Notes: generated from the letters alone by a model not told the origin. Counted from the first letter of the stretch, positions 12,471 through 25,807 are shown. The stretch: 64,000 nucleotides of DNA from Mustelus asterias (GCF_964213995.1 NC_135802.1:47430001-47494000), one strand, 5' to 3'. Program-made: numbers and translations.

Positions 12471-13349
12471 ATGGAGGCGATGGATGGGGTACATTCTGAA
12501 TATTGAGCCTAGGTGGTGAGTGTTCATCAGGTGGAGGAAGAGGAAATTACAGCCTTTAACTGATACCCACATCTGTCCTTCCTGTAGGGCTCACTGGATA
12601 ATGATCATTCAAGGCTCAGTCATTATAGCAAAGAAGGAGGCTGTTCACCCTTTCGACCCAATACCGGCTCACTGTAAAGCAACCCAATCGCTCCTATTCC
12701 CCTGCTCTCTTTGTGGTCTCTGATTTTATCCTCACTCACCCAGCTAAGGAGTTCTACCATTGCTGATGACAGATTGGTGATCAATCAGGTTCTTCCGTCT
12801 CCTGTTAAAGAAATTAGTGAGGCTCCATGAACTGGTTCTCTGAGATTTTGAAACAAATCAACATGCATTTGTAGTCTGACATGCTTTGATACAGTTTTTG
12901 TATTTGAAGAAATTAGATTGAACAGATTCATTTGAAACAGAAATTAATGTTCAGCAGCATTCATGTTTGCATATTTTCAAGGTGGACTGATGTTCCAGAT
13001 CCCGCTTACGTTTTTTGTAAAACAAGCCTGAAAAGTGATTTCAATACAACAAGCCATCTGTCAAATGCCTTATGTGGCAACATAATCAACCCTGTGGCAA
13101 TCAAAGTGAAGGAGTGGTTTATTGCGAATGACACATTATACTACAATTAGAACAATTTGCTTCAATTAACTAAAAAACTGAGTTTGTGAAAATGAAAGTA
13201 ATGTTTGGAGCTATGCCACAAGATGACAATTGCAATGATATTTCAGAATACAGTCAGTGATTAATTCTGGTCACAAATTCATTGTGACCACACAGTCCTG
13301 GAAGGTCTTTGTTCTTCAGTTATAACCAAACCATTATTCGTCTCATTTT

Positions 13350-13635
13350 AGTTTATCAGTGTCACAAGTAGGCTTACACTAACACTGCAATGAAGTTACT
13401 GTGAAAATCCCCTAGTCGCCACACTCCGGCGCCTGTTCGGGTACACTGAGGGAGAATTTAGCATAGCCAATGCACCTAACCAGCACATCATTTGGATTGT
13501 GGGATGAAACTGGAGCAGCCGGAGGAAACCCACGCAGACGCAGGGAAAACGTGCAGACTCCACAAGCCAGAATCGAACCCGGATCCCTGGTGCTGTGGAG
13601 GCAGCAGTGCTAACCACTGTGCCACCATGCCGCCT
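13350..13635 (-). mobile_element. V-SINE with alternative (non-CR1) tail
   Basis: HE1-like head and V-domain followed by a ggggattttcacagtaacttcattgcagtgtt...tgtgacact tail. Confidence 0.85.
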
Positions 13636-14699
13636 GGAGATAGATTGTATGTGGTAAGTGAATGGTGAATGTGTCACGACAAGTGTTAGGTTGGAGCATT
13701 GCAGTTGGAAATTTGGGAGCGATGCCCTCATACCAATTTCAACTGCATCAAAGTGTGGGGATGTTGAACAAATCCAGTCGCTCCCGGGGTGGGTGGCCCT
13801 CTAACTTCACTCACCTGCCTCCTAACCGTTCTCTATGTAGGATGGGTCGAAGAAGGCCTGTGACAGATCTTACTGTCTTTTTGTTATAAGTGCTGTGCCC
13901 TGAAGAAAAGGGGAAATTTGATACCACCACCAGCAAGAGAAAGAAAATATCACATTAAAATGGGCATGATATTGTTCCACATAATAAATTGCAGGACCAC
14001 GAATTGGTAATCTTTAATTTGCATTTTCTTATAGTTTGTACATTTAACAAGTTTGCTTTTCAAACTTCAGTTATTCGACGACCACATAAATAACATTGTT
14101 GTGAAGAACTTTAAGCACCATTTGAGGTTTTCATTATTAGAAATGATGACTGGCTGATAATGTTACCCTGTAATTCCATTTGATGCTCTTTAAAATGTCA
14201 CCTATACCCAGGATAGAAGAGTGTCAAACTACTGTGCCTCTAAACATGTGATATAGTTTTAAACCAGGCACATTTCCTTTCCCCCATTTTCAAATTGTGA
14301 TCCACTTTTGTTCCCTCTACTGTAGGTGATGTAACTACATTATATCTCCTCAGAACAGGTTCATCATTGAAGAGCTGTTACTATTTCAGTTGTCAGGTTA
14401 TGAAGACTATTATGGGGTATATGTTATTTGGTGGCTGTGCCTCATTGGCAAGAGGACAGATTGGACAATAGGGTATAGAGGTCAGCAACGTCTGCTTCAT
14501 GACAATAGACAGAAAAATTGAACAGCACAAATCAGGTGCACTATAGGCAGGAATTCTCCGACCTCGCCCGCGGCTGCGAGTGGAGATTTGGCTGCGCATC
14601 AAATACTCCATTCTTGCTGGCAGCGATGGCTGGCCGTATGAGATCGGGAGAATTCCAGCCATAGTCTCCACATTCAGTTATTTTAAATAACATAAATGG

Positions 14700-14855
14700 T
14701 TGAAATGCTCAGCAGGTCTTGAAGCAGCTGTGGAGTGAGAAAAGCAGTGTTAATGTTGCCGACTGATGACCTTTCATCAGAACCCAAGAGCGTTAACTTT
14801 GTTTCTCTCTCCAGAGATGCACACAGACTTGCTGAGTATTTCCAGCATTTTCTGC
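14700..14855. mobile_element. Old fold-back Penelope-like remnant
   Basis: Imperfect inverted arms (gaaatgctcagcaggtct / agacttgctgagtatttc) around a decayed CTGATGA core on the - strand. Confidence 0.55.
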
Positions 14856-15409
14856 TCCAGGTATCTCCAGTTATTTGAGTTGCTCTCCTGTTGAATGAAA
14901 AACTGTACTGGGAACACAGACGCGTTAACTTTTCTTTATACGAAACATGAACTCAGCAAAACAGGTTCCAAAATGAGTTCACCTTGGACTAAAGCTGAAT
15001 GCATGACTCACTGTTGTATTGACTCAAGTGCTTAGGTCTGATTGGTTTGTGTGCCCACACAGCACCTCAGAAACAGTGCACCTGTAATTAATAAGACTGG
15101 AGTGATTCAAATCCAAATTGTTCTCAGTTTAACCTTTCCTCTCCTGAAGGCACTGACTCATGCTGGGATATGGTTCTATGATACACCTCTGATATCTCAC
15201 TGATTTATCCACTAAACAGCAGAAGAGCTGGAGTGTTTCTAAGGTGCACTGGTAATTATGGCAAATTTACATTATTTACACGCACTCAGACTAAAGGTTT
15301 GGACTACAAAGTACCCATTAACACAAACTAATCTTTTTACCACACGTTTGCCTTTGAGAGTTTTAAAAGCGCAAAATCCAAAACCTCCAAACACCAGAGT
15401 TCAAGTTTA

Positions 15410-17091
15410 GCTCTTTGTTCTGCAAATGTTTATTTTTTACACAAAAGCCCAATGCACATTCGGTCAATAGCTGCATCCAAATCAGGCCTCCTACAACAAA
15501 GGTAGGAAATGAGAAGAGTGGGGGAAAGTGCAGTCAATGCAGCAACAGATCTGAAATCCATTTTGTTACTTGGAAGAAAAAAATTAATCATTTGGTAGTT
15601 GAAGCAGAGAATGAACAACAGCTGATGTGCCAGAACATTTATCATTTTTTATGGTGTCGAAACAGGAAGGAAAAGGAGTAACCTATTTCAGGCAAAGTGA
15701 CTGGAAGTATGTAGGCATGTGGATGTGCATATATGTGGGTGGGTGTGTGTGTGTGTGTATGTATGTGCATCTCTTCATTACATAACAGAAGCAATGGAAC
15801 ATTGTTCCTGTTCATAAAATGGCCTTCCTATGTGTTAAGTTAACATGTACAGCCATCATTTGTACAGTTAAATAAATAACTCCATTAAACAGTGCAACAA
15901 GATCACCTACCGTCAATATCTACAAAGGCAATTATGAATTATATATATATATATATATACATACAAGTGCTTACAAACTGGATTTTGAAAATAAATTCCA
16001 CAAATGTGCATATACAGTCACCAGAACTTTATCTTTATGCCCATTAAGCAATAAGACAAAGTCATTTGGGAAAGTTGGATAGTTTTTAAACAAAGGAAAA
16101 AAAGTAACAGAATCTTCAGGCAACTCCTAAACAAAAAATATCATGTAACTTACATAATATTCAATATTTGGTATATAACTTAGACTTATCAAGTAAATTG
16201 CTCACTGCCTTGTCTGTTAAAACTATTCATTTTACAAAAAACCTAAATATGTCTATATATATATTATATATTATATATTTAATTTCCCACCCCAATGACC
16301 GATGATATATGCATCTGTGTTCTGAATTTTAAAAGCTAGGGAAAAAATGAAAACTGTACTAACTACAAATTTTCCAAAATAGGCCAATTGTAGTTGGTAG
16401 GATCAAGGAGGAAATACATTATCATTTGGACTCTGAAGCAGATATAGTGGCTAAAACTATATTCCTTTTTTTTTCTCCAAATGTTGTGTACAAATAGAAT
16501 GATACTATATATACAGTACATAGTACCTGTACTTAGAAAATACTTTTCTTAATTAACTCTGACGTGTAAGGCAAGACTAAATTCCCCAATCCCACCCCAT
16601 CTACTGAAATAAGCCAGAGTGGTCGTTAAACATATAAAGATTTCTTTTAAAAACAAAAGTTACACATGCAGAAATGAAAGTTTTTTTGAGGAAAGAAAGG
16701 TAAACCATAGTATAAGCTGATCCGACCTTTCCTGAATACCCAGGAATTTTTGTTTTTTCTCCCTCCTACACATATGTTGCTCAAGAACATTAACAGTAGT
16801 TTGATAGTAAACAGTTATTGTTCAGCCAATAGCAGTGAAAACCAAACCAAAAACACTTAAGAGCACAGTACCACACTAGCAGATCTGTAATTGTACCAGG
16901 TTTTAAAATGAATCATATTTGAATCTATTTCCGTGCTGCCTCAGCAGCCTCTGTGTGAAATCTCAAGTTTACAATAACCTTTACAGACGGATCAGGTAAA
17001 TATATACTTTTTCTTTTACACACATAAACTAAAGGGGACACGGGGGATGGAGGGGAAGTGGGGGGGGGGGGGGGGAGCCGTGTAGGCAGAG
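15410..17091 (-). other. CACNB2: Probable CACNB2 3' UTR
   Basis: AT-rich stretch with no recognisable TE downstream of the stop; AATAAA on - at 15429-15434; contains (GT)n near 15725-15768 and (TA)n near 15940-15960. Confidence 0.5.
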
Positions 17092-17589
17092 TTATTGGCG
17101 GATGTACACATCCTGGTTCCACTCGCCGACATCATTCCTTTTTTTAGACGCGACATCCCCATCTTTTTCACAATATCGATCCTTCGATTTATGCCGACTG
17201 CGCTGCTTATTGCGTTCATTGTGATCCTGTTCTCGGTCTCGTTCCTTGGAACGGTGCTGTGACTCTCTGTGCCTGTGGGTGCCATCACCTTGGGATTCCT
17301 CCATATGATTGTGGGCCTGGTGTGAGCTATAATGATCGCCAGGACTATCCGTATAATCATCCTTTGGTTCAATGTACACAGACTCCCTGCTGCCTTTGAC
17401 ATCAGAGTCAAACGTTTCCTGTCTCTCCAGGCTTCGGCCTGCAGTGCTCCGGTGATTGTGATGCTTTGCAGAGGAAGAAGTTCGATGGTGGGACTTTTTC
17501 GCTGGCTCCGGTGGCTTCTCTTCCTCCTGGGAAGCAGTTCTCTCAGGTCCTGAATGGGGCGGTTTCTGCTCTCCCTGTTTTTGTTCACC
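17092..17589 (-). CDS. CACNB2: CACNB2 exon 14 (terminal)
   Basis: GEQKQGEQ...RQETFDSD...[40 protein letters not shown]...[11 protein letters not shown], the diagnostic beta2 C-terminus; ag acceptor at 17590-17591; 498 bp. Confidence 0.95.
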   Translation of the reverse strand, partial: GEQKQGEQKPPHSGPERTASQEEEKPPEPAKKSHHRTSSSAKHHNHRSTAGRSLERQETFDSDVKGSRESVYIEPKDDYTDSPGDHYSSHQAHNHMEESQGDGTHRHRESQHRSKERDREQDHNERNKQRSRHKSKDRYCEKDGDVASKKRNDVGEWNQDVYIRQ

Positions 17590-18355
17590 CTGGTTAGTAC
17601 CACACCATGCAACAATCCAGTTAGTAGAATTTCACAATTCATGAAATACTTCCTTAGTCTGATTAATTTACCAAGCTGAAGAGGCATGCACTACACACAA
17701 CCAAGCTTTCACTTAAATGTAATAAAAGTTAATGCCTGCTTTTACTAACATTTACAAGATAATAAGCATTTTCACTTGGTTGCTGAAACAAAGCAATTAC
17801 TGTCAAGGCATCTTCAAGTAAAACAACTCAAATGTTAACTTAATATTCTGAAACGAATAGTGAAAATTGTTAAAGTAAATCAGAAGTAATGGTCTTGAGG
17901 GGTACTATTCAACACGAGCTTAATTCTACACCCTTTTTTCAAACGTAGACATACTGAACCCATATTAGCTCAATGGTTATGAATGCTTTTTAAATAAGCA
18001 TGCAGCCTCCAAAATACAAGCTTATGATTGATCACATTGGGGTCAAGGGTACAGACTAATGGAATTATGCTTAAACCACTCAGTACTCCTTTGTTAGTTT
18101 TACTTTGATTCATCACAACTACCACAACCAGGGTTAAATGATTTTCTCATGCCAAGCTGTTGCCCATCAGGAGATGCAGGCAAAAGTAACACCATTTTTC
18201 AAGGACGCCACGTTTAGATTCTACCCTGAAGCTGGAAGGTAATTAAATGTCTCCATTTCCAGTGCAGTGTGATTGTCACCGATCTTTTTGCTTTTTCCAT
18301 CTTTGTCTGTAGCCCAAAAATGAAGGTTAGGTTGGAGAGAAGCAAGAACTTGTAC

Positions 18356-18541
18356 CTGGAGATTGGAGACTGGTGCCGGGCTTGTAGGAAGAGCTGCACT
18401 GGCCATTGTACGACTGAGGAGAGGATTGGGAGGGTTGCTGCTCGGAGGGTGGGTAGCTCTCCAGTAAGCTTCCAGGTAATCAGACAAGTGCTCACAGGCA
18501 TCTTCCAGCTGATTTTCATCAAGAATTACATCGAACAATTC
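18356..18541 (-). CDS. CACNB2: CACNB2 exon 13
   Basis: [33 protein letters not shown]...SPAPVSNLQ; 186 bp, ag/gt flanked. Confidence 0.96.
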
Positions 18542-19165
18542 CTACAAAAATGGTAGAAGCTTTTAAGTTTTTTTTCCAACAAGAAAACATTTGAATTCAC
18601 GTGTTTTGTTGAGACAAAAATATTTTGGGTGCTATTTTCCGCCTGCGCTCACTCCAAGACCGGAAAATCTCACCCTAGGTCAATGGACCGTTGCACAATC
18701 CGTGTCTCATCTGCTATGATTCCCGTGGCGGGCGGGAGGGAAAATTCCCCTCCCCTTATCTTCAATTGTTTGATGTACTTGGTACATTATAAAGTACTGC
18801 TACTAATATTATTTTGTGACAAGTCTGTGTGTTCATTTCAAATGCCTCTGTTGCGTTAGTACAAGATAAATCCATTTTAAATCGATTTGCACCTTTGTTG
18901 ATACAAGTCATTTCTACCTTAGTAACTGACATAACCCATCCCTGGTATCAAATCGTACTTTAATAAGAAATAATATATTGAGCTCCAATGAGGGGCACTG
19001 GAATGAAAGCTGTTGTAATAGACTTTAAATGTTTGTAATTAATAATTTATTGCATTCCATTTTCTGTGAGGAAAAGGTAAAAAGAATTTGTAAATTCCTC
19101 TGTGCTTCCTCACCCTTCTAATTGTGAACCTTTCCCTTCTTCACTTTGTTCTTCCACACATACAA

Positions 19166-19440
19166 ATACCGCACGCAGACGCAAACGCCGCACGCAGATG
19201 CAAACGCCGCACGCAGACACGGATACCGCACGCTGACACGGATACCGCACGCTGACACGGATACCGCACGCTGACACGGATACCGCACGCTGACACACAT
19301 ACCGCATGCAGACACACATACCGCACGCAGACACGGATACCGCACGCAGACACGGATACCGCACGCAGACACGGATACCGCACGCAGACACGGATACCGC
19401 ACGCAGACACGGATACCGCACGCAGACACGGATACCGCAC
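19166..19440. repeat. CpG-rich 19-bp minisatellite (gcagacacggataccgcac), ~14 copies
   Basis: Tandem units are directly visible, and overlapping ORFs repeat every 19 aa (three units). Confidence 0.95.
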
Positions 19441-19579
19441 ACACCTCTTAGCAAAAACAGATATTTTCATTGTAATTGGAGACTGGGATGGACATGCGCT
19501 TGAGTAAGAAAGCTTACAAACAAGAGAGCAAGAGTGAGAGAGAGAGTGCATGGTATAGTAGAGCTGAAAGGGTTAATTT

Positions 19580-19917
19580 TTTAAAACTTCGCTCATGGGA
19601 TGTGGGCAACGCTGGCTGGGCCAGCGTTTATTACCCTTCTCTGAGGGCATTTAAGAGTCAACCACATTGCTGTAGGTCTGGAGTCACATATAGGCCAGAC
19701 CAGGTGAGGACAACAGACTTCCTTCCCTAAAGGAAGGATGGGTTTTTATGACAAGCGACAATGGTTTCATAGTCATCGTTATAGACTTTTAGTTACAGAT
19801 TTTTACAGAATTCAAATTTCATCATCTGCCAAGGGATTTCAACCCGGGTCCCCAGAGCATCATTCTGGGTTCCTGGATTACTATTCCAGCGATAATACCA
19901 CTATGCCACTACCTCCC
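19580..19917 (-). mobile_element. SacSINE1/DeuSINE-type SINE
   Basis: Head gggaggtagtggcatagtggtattatc, core ggtctggcctatatgtgactccagacc and cccacatcccatga tail. Confidence 0.8.
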
Positions 19918-21381
19918 TGCAGGCTGCATAACCTGGCTTTGTATTCCCGAAAGGGTGTTTAAGATAATTAAGGAATTCAATAGCGTACATCAAGATAAAC
20001 TTTTTTCTGGTGGGAGAATCAAGATCAAGGGCCTTAACATTCAAATTACATCTGGACAATCTAAGAGTGAAATCAGGAAGCGCACAGAGGGCACTGGAAA
20101 TTTTCAAACTTGCTCTTCCAAGAGACTTGAAATTTTCATGATTTAGATCGCTAGATAGGGTAAGGAATCCAAGGGACATAGAACAAAGAAAGGTAAATCG
20201 AGTTATGCTGCAGATCTGCCAAGACCTAAGTGAATGGCAGAACAGACTTGAGATGGAGAGTTGCTGAAGGATCTACGCCTGTCCCTATTGAATTTCAATT
20301 AACCAGGCCATCATTCATTCACTTCTAGAGGCAAATGGTAATAACCAGTCCAAAATGAGAGGGCATATTTCTCAATGTAGTATTCCCAGTGCACAGCTTC
20401 ATGAGTGAACATCAGACATTTGGGAGAGAAAGTCACATGTCAGGTTAGTGCTCTATATGATTGGCCCCACTGCTAAATTAGCATCCTCCTCAGGCATTAG
20501 ATGGCATAAATATGTTCATGGGGGTCCAACTCATGTTTAAGGACAGTCTTCATGAGATTATTTATCCGTGAGCAGGGCAGGCATTATGTCAGCAACAAAA
20601 GGCAAAGGTTAAGTTTCTTTTCAAAGCAAAGATATATTACATTTTGTATGAGAATAGGGGGAGCAGGAGCCGTCTCCTAACTTCAGTCTTACTGATTACC
20701 CATATCCTGCTCTGAGACCAGTCTGTGGACCACTGCCAGTAGCCGGAATTTAATTTTTCTTGTGAGGTGAGCTTGTGGCTTCGTATGTGTGGATAAGGCT
20801 TAAATTGGTGCTGACCTCAGGTCTCTGGTTGTGTGCTGTTCATGAAAGCAGGTCCAGACACAACCTTGGTATCATCGCGTTGCTACCTCCTGGTTTACTT
20901 TGTTCTTTTATTATTTTCTACATTTTGGATTTCATTTTCTGTGATACTCCAATCTAGTACTCTCAATCGTGAAAATTTAAATTAGCCCAACAACTGGAGC
21001 AAGTTTGATGCCTTGATGCTCCAGTTTAATTTCTAAACATGTCATCCGTATCATTGGATTCTCCGTGAAGTACTCTCCATGAAGTACTTACATGAGTCAT
21101 GTAAGCAGGGTGATGCCAATTTCCACGATACCTTTTACTCGCGTACAATTAAAACACAAAAAACTAGAAATGGACAGGGTGATTCTGATGAGACATGAGA
21201 GAGAAGAAAAGGCTGGGAACTTCCTCTCAGCTGCTCCCACTGCGATGCCATAACCTTTTATATAAGTTTCAGACCTACTTGTGGCGAAAATATGGTAGTG
21301 GAGTGGAAAGGAAATTCTGTTTTAGCAAACATGGTGAAGGATACCACGCATAACACTGAGCTGGATCTTTCTGGAGCGTGG

Positions 21382-23365
21382 CAAAGAACAAAGAACAATA
21401 CAGCACAGGAACAGGCCCTTCGGCCCTCCAAGCCCACGCCACTCCCTGGTCCAAACTAGACCATTCTTTTGTATCCCTCCATTCCCACTCCGTTCATGTG
21501 GCTATCTAGATAAGTCTTAAATGTTCCCAGTGTGTCCGCCTCCACCACCTTGCCCGGCAGCGCATTCCAGGCCCCCACCACCCTTTGTGTAAAATACGTC
21601 CTTCTGATATCCGTGTTAAACCTCCCCCCCCCACCTTGAACCTATGACCCCTCGTGAACGTCACCTCCGACCTGGGGAAAAGCTTCCCACCGTTCACCCT
21701 ATCTATGCCTTTCATAATTTCATACACCTCTATTAGGTCACCCCTCATCCTCCGTCTTTCCAGTGAGAACAACGCAGTTTACCCAATCTCTCCTCATAAC
21801 TAAGCCCTTCCATACCAGGCAACATCCTGGTAAACCTCCTCTGCACTCTCTCTAAAGCCTCCACATCCTTCTGGTAGTGTGGCGACCAGAACTGGGCGCA
21901 GTATTCCAAATGCGGCTGAACCAACGTTCTATACAACTGCAACATCAGACCCCAACTTTTATACTCTATGCCCCGTCCTATAAAGGCAAGCATGCCATAT
22001 GCCTTACTCACTACCTTCTCCACCTATGACGTCACCTTCAAGGATCAGTGGACATGCACACCCAGGTCCCTCTGCGTATCTACACCCTTTATGGTTCTGC
22101 CATTTTTCGTATAGCTCCCCCCTACGTTAGTTCTACCAAAATGCATCACTTTGCATTTATCAGGATTGAACTCCATCTGCCATTTCTTTGCCCAAACTTC
22201 CAGCCTATCTATATCCTTCTGTAGCCTCTGACAATGTTCCTCATTATCTGCAAGTCCAGCCATTTTCGTGTCGTCCGCAAACTTACTGATCACCCCAGTT
22301 ACACCTTCTTCCAGATCATTTATATAAATCACAAACAGCAGAGGTCCCAATACAGAGCCCTGCGGAACACCACTAGTCACAGGCATCCAGCCGGAAAAAG
22401 ACCCTTCCACTACCACCCTCTGTCTCCTGTGACCAAGCCAGTTCTCCACCCATCTAGCCACCTCCCCCTTTATCCCATGAGATCCAACCTTTTGCACCAA
22501 CCTACCATGAGGGACTTTGTCAAACGCTTTACTAAAGTCCATATAGACGACGGCCACGGCCCTTCCCTCATCAACCATTCTAGTCACTTCTTCAAAAAAC
22601 TCCACCAGGTTAGTGAGGCATGACCTCCCTCTCACAAAACCATGCTGACTATCGTTAATGAGTTTATGCCTTTCTAAATGCGCATACATCCTATCTCTAA
22701 GAATCCTCTCCAACAACTTCCCTACCACGGACGTCAAGCTCACCGGCCTATAATTTCCCGGGTTATCCTTCCTACCCTTCTTAAATAACGGGACCACATT
22801 AGCTATCCTCCAATCCTCTGGGACCTCACCTGTGTCCAGTGACGAGACAAAGATTTGCGTCAGAGGCCCAGCGATTTCATCTCTCGTCTCCCTGAGAAGC
22901 CTTGGATAGATTCCATCAGGCCCTGGGGATTTGTCAGTCTTTATATTCCCTAAAAAACCTAACACTTACTTCCTTGTAATGGAGATTTTCTCTGACGGGT
23001 CAACACTCCCCTCCGAGACACTCCCAGTCAACACATCCCTCTCCTTTGTGAATACCGACGCAAAGTATTCATTTAGGATCTCCCCTACTTCTTTGGGCTC
23101 TTAGCATAATTCCCCACTTTTGTCCCTGAGAGGTCCGATTTTTTCCCTGACAACCCTTTTGTCCCTAATGTATGAATAAAATGCCTTGGGATTCTCCTTA
23201 ATCCTGTCTGCAAAGGACATTTCGTGACCCCTTTTTGCCCTTCTAATTCCTCGTTTGAGTTGTTTCCTACTTTCTTTGTATTCCTCCAGAGCTCCCTTCG
23301 TTTTTAGCTGCCTGGACCTAACGTACGCCACTCTTTTCTTTTTGACCAATCCCTCAATTTCCCTG
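21382..23365 (-). mobile_element. 5'-truncated CR1 LINE with disrupted RT
   Basis: ORFs 22045-22965, 21745-22023, 21506-21772 and 23101-23379 carry CR1 RT motifs (DFSKAFDKVPH, GVPQGSVLGP, FADD); (ttctttg)n tail; possible tggca TSD. Confidence 0.95.
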
Positions 23366-25037
23366 GCATCTGATTGCATACACTATTTAGATTTTTTTTT
23401 CCTGTACCCTGTGCCATGACCTGCTGGAATTGCAAACTGGGTAAAAATGTGGCAAAGGCAATTGGGCATCTGTGAAGAACGGTGAGACTAAGTTTCCTTA
23501 ATGAGATTTCCAATTTAAGAAAGAACAAAGAAACAGAAAGGATGGAGAGAGTGAACTAGAGTCAAATCAGCTAGAGAGATACAGAAAAAAAAATTGGTTG
23601 AGAGAAAGAAGAGAATGGAAAAATAGTTTAAAAAAACATTTTTTTCAATTTTGAACAACAAATTTATTTCATGCAAGGTTGAGATTGATCACTTCAAATT
23701 GTTCCTTTCTGAGTCAGAGATTGATTGGCATTCTATTCATAATCATGTAATTAAAATGGTGCTTATGCTTTTAATTGCCAGATATAAATCTCTGCAGGGA
23801 GTTTAATATGCAATTAAATGCAAATCCAACAAGTTTGTTTTTTAAGAATAATGGGGAGGCTAACGGAGAGATGCTCTTTGTGTGAAGCAAGCAACAAAGT
23901 GACAGGAATCAAAATTCTGGAGCTTTCCATCTGTTAATCTCTTGAATTTAGGACCAATCTACACATTAGTAATGGCGTGCTGTTATTTTTCCAGCAACAG
24001 CTAGCCCATTAAATGTCATATGTCATGTCCAATGCTGATTGACTTCTTGTCCATTCACTGCAGTAATTTGTATCCAAGACTTCCAGCAACTTTAACGAAC
24101 AAATACACCCTTGCCTTGCACTATCATCCCTTTTGTCATTTAAGCTCTCCTGTCTTGCACCCTACCACAGACCTTCTCTTTTGTTCTCTCCTGTCCCTTC
24201 TCTCCCTCCGTATCTGCAGAAATCCTGCACAACATTATCGACCTGAAATGCTGGCTGGAATTTTATGGTCCCTTTGGGGATTGACTGGGAGGTGATACAG
24301 TTGGCAAAATGGCGTGGGAAGTGGTTGGGATGGATGCTTGACATCTTCTCTCTGCCATGCCTTTTGCCAGTGGCAGCAAAGTTGGCAGATCGGCTGCCCA
24401 CCTGGAGACCAACTGAGCTATTTAAATGCCACAATTAATGGCCATTTCTCAACTCCATGGGCATCTTGCCAGAGACCACCCAGTGAAACTTGACAACCTC
24501 CAGAGTAAAAGAGCCCTCCTTTTTGATCACTCCATGCACCCCCACCCCTTCAGCAAAAGCAACCCCGTAGTAACAGCGTCACCGGTGCACGGCAACTATC
24601 CCCTCCCCATTCCCCCTGTCTGATCACTGCCTCCCCAGCAACCCCAACCCCACCTATCCTGCTCTAAAACACTACACTGCTGAGACACCCTCTCCCTTGT
24701 TTCAGCAATGGCCACCATTGGCAATGCCACTGCTTAGATTGAAGTGCTGGCCCTCCCATTGGGCCACCTTCATTAATTGGATGGTGGTCACTTAATCGGC
24801 CATGGCTGGCAAAATGCAGCCCCCAAGTCCTGCCATCCACTGAAGAAGGGTCATGTCCCGGCAGAACATCTACCCTCATGAGAAGATTCATCTGTCTGCT
24901 TCTCTCTCCCCAGATATTGCCAGAGCTGCTGAATCATTCCAGCAGTTTCTATTTCCTGCACAGCATGCTCATGCTCAAGAAGTGATGTTAAGCGGTTGAT
25001 TTAATTGGTTTTCAAGAATTAAATACGATAACTTTTA

Positions 25038-25184
<147 letters not shown>

Positions 25185-25335
25185 CTACATGCATGGCAAA
25201 ATGGGAAGATTAGGAAGTTAGTATGCAGAAAATAGTCAAGTGCCTATCCGAACTGATATAAAGATTGATCTATTACAGTAGATCGGCATATATAAAATAG
25301 TCTCTTGGTAGTGCAGAACTTAAAATAGAGACATG

Positions 25336-25371
25336 CTGTCGAAGCTTTTCATCTGTCACTCATCAGGACAG
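25336..25371 (-). ncRNA. Minimal type I hammerhead ribozyme motif (second PLE family, stem II decayed)
   Basis: The - strand reads ctgtc CTGATGA gtgacagat GAAA agct TC gacag, with a perfect 5-bp stem I. Confidence 0.65.
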
Positions 25372-25579
25372 ACACAAGAATACCAAATTTCAAAAGAACA
25401 ACAATATAAACCGCATGAAAAAAAGGGTACTGATTAGTTGGCAAGTGGATTCTGGTCAAGGCATTCCCAATGGAGAATGTACCAGGGAATAGTTATCCCC
25501 CAAACCTTAGCTAAAGTTCCTTGCTTTTTTGAATTTAAAAAGATTAAAAGGACCACCATATACAGTTTAAATTCATACC

Positions 25580-25773
25580 GTAAGAAGTCTCACCAACACC
25601 AGGTTAAAGTCTAACAGGTTTATTTGGAATCACGAGCTTTCAGAGTGGCTCACCTGATGAAGGAGCAGCGCTCCGAAAGCTCGTGATTTCAAATAAACCT
25701 GTTGGACTTTGGCCTGGTGTTGTGAGACTTCTTACTGTGCCCGGCCCAGTCCAGTGCTGACATCCCAACATCA
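25580..25773 (+). mobile_element. Short fold-back Penelope-like insertion with hammerhead and tail
   Basis: Inverted arms (gtaagaagtctcac.. / ..gtgagacttcttac), tail ..catcccaacatca, TSD taaattca(t/c)acc at 25568-25579 and 25774-25785. Confidence 0.85.
25650..25686 (+). ncRNA. Minimal type I hammerhead ribozyme motif
   Basis: tcac CTGATGA a ggagc-agc-gctcc GAAA gc TC gtga: intact core, stems I and II, palindromic AGCT stem III. Confidence 0.85.
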
Positions 25774-25807
25774 TAAATTCACACCAGTAGAGTGAATTAG
25801 GGACAAT

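Noticed and set aside
17016-17687. 223-aa alternative-frame ORF overlapping CACNB2 exon 14
   Set aside because: It is a shifted-frame shadow of a low-complexity exon, with no recognisable homology and no evident splice route into that frame.
19110-19551. Cys/Arg-rich repetitive ORFs and CRISPR-like periodicity
   Set aside because: These are by-products of the 19-bp minisatellite; there are no unique spacers or cas genes, and the DNA is eukaryotic.
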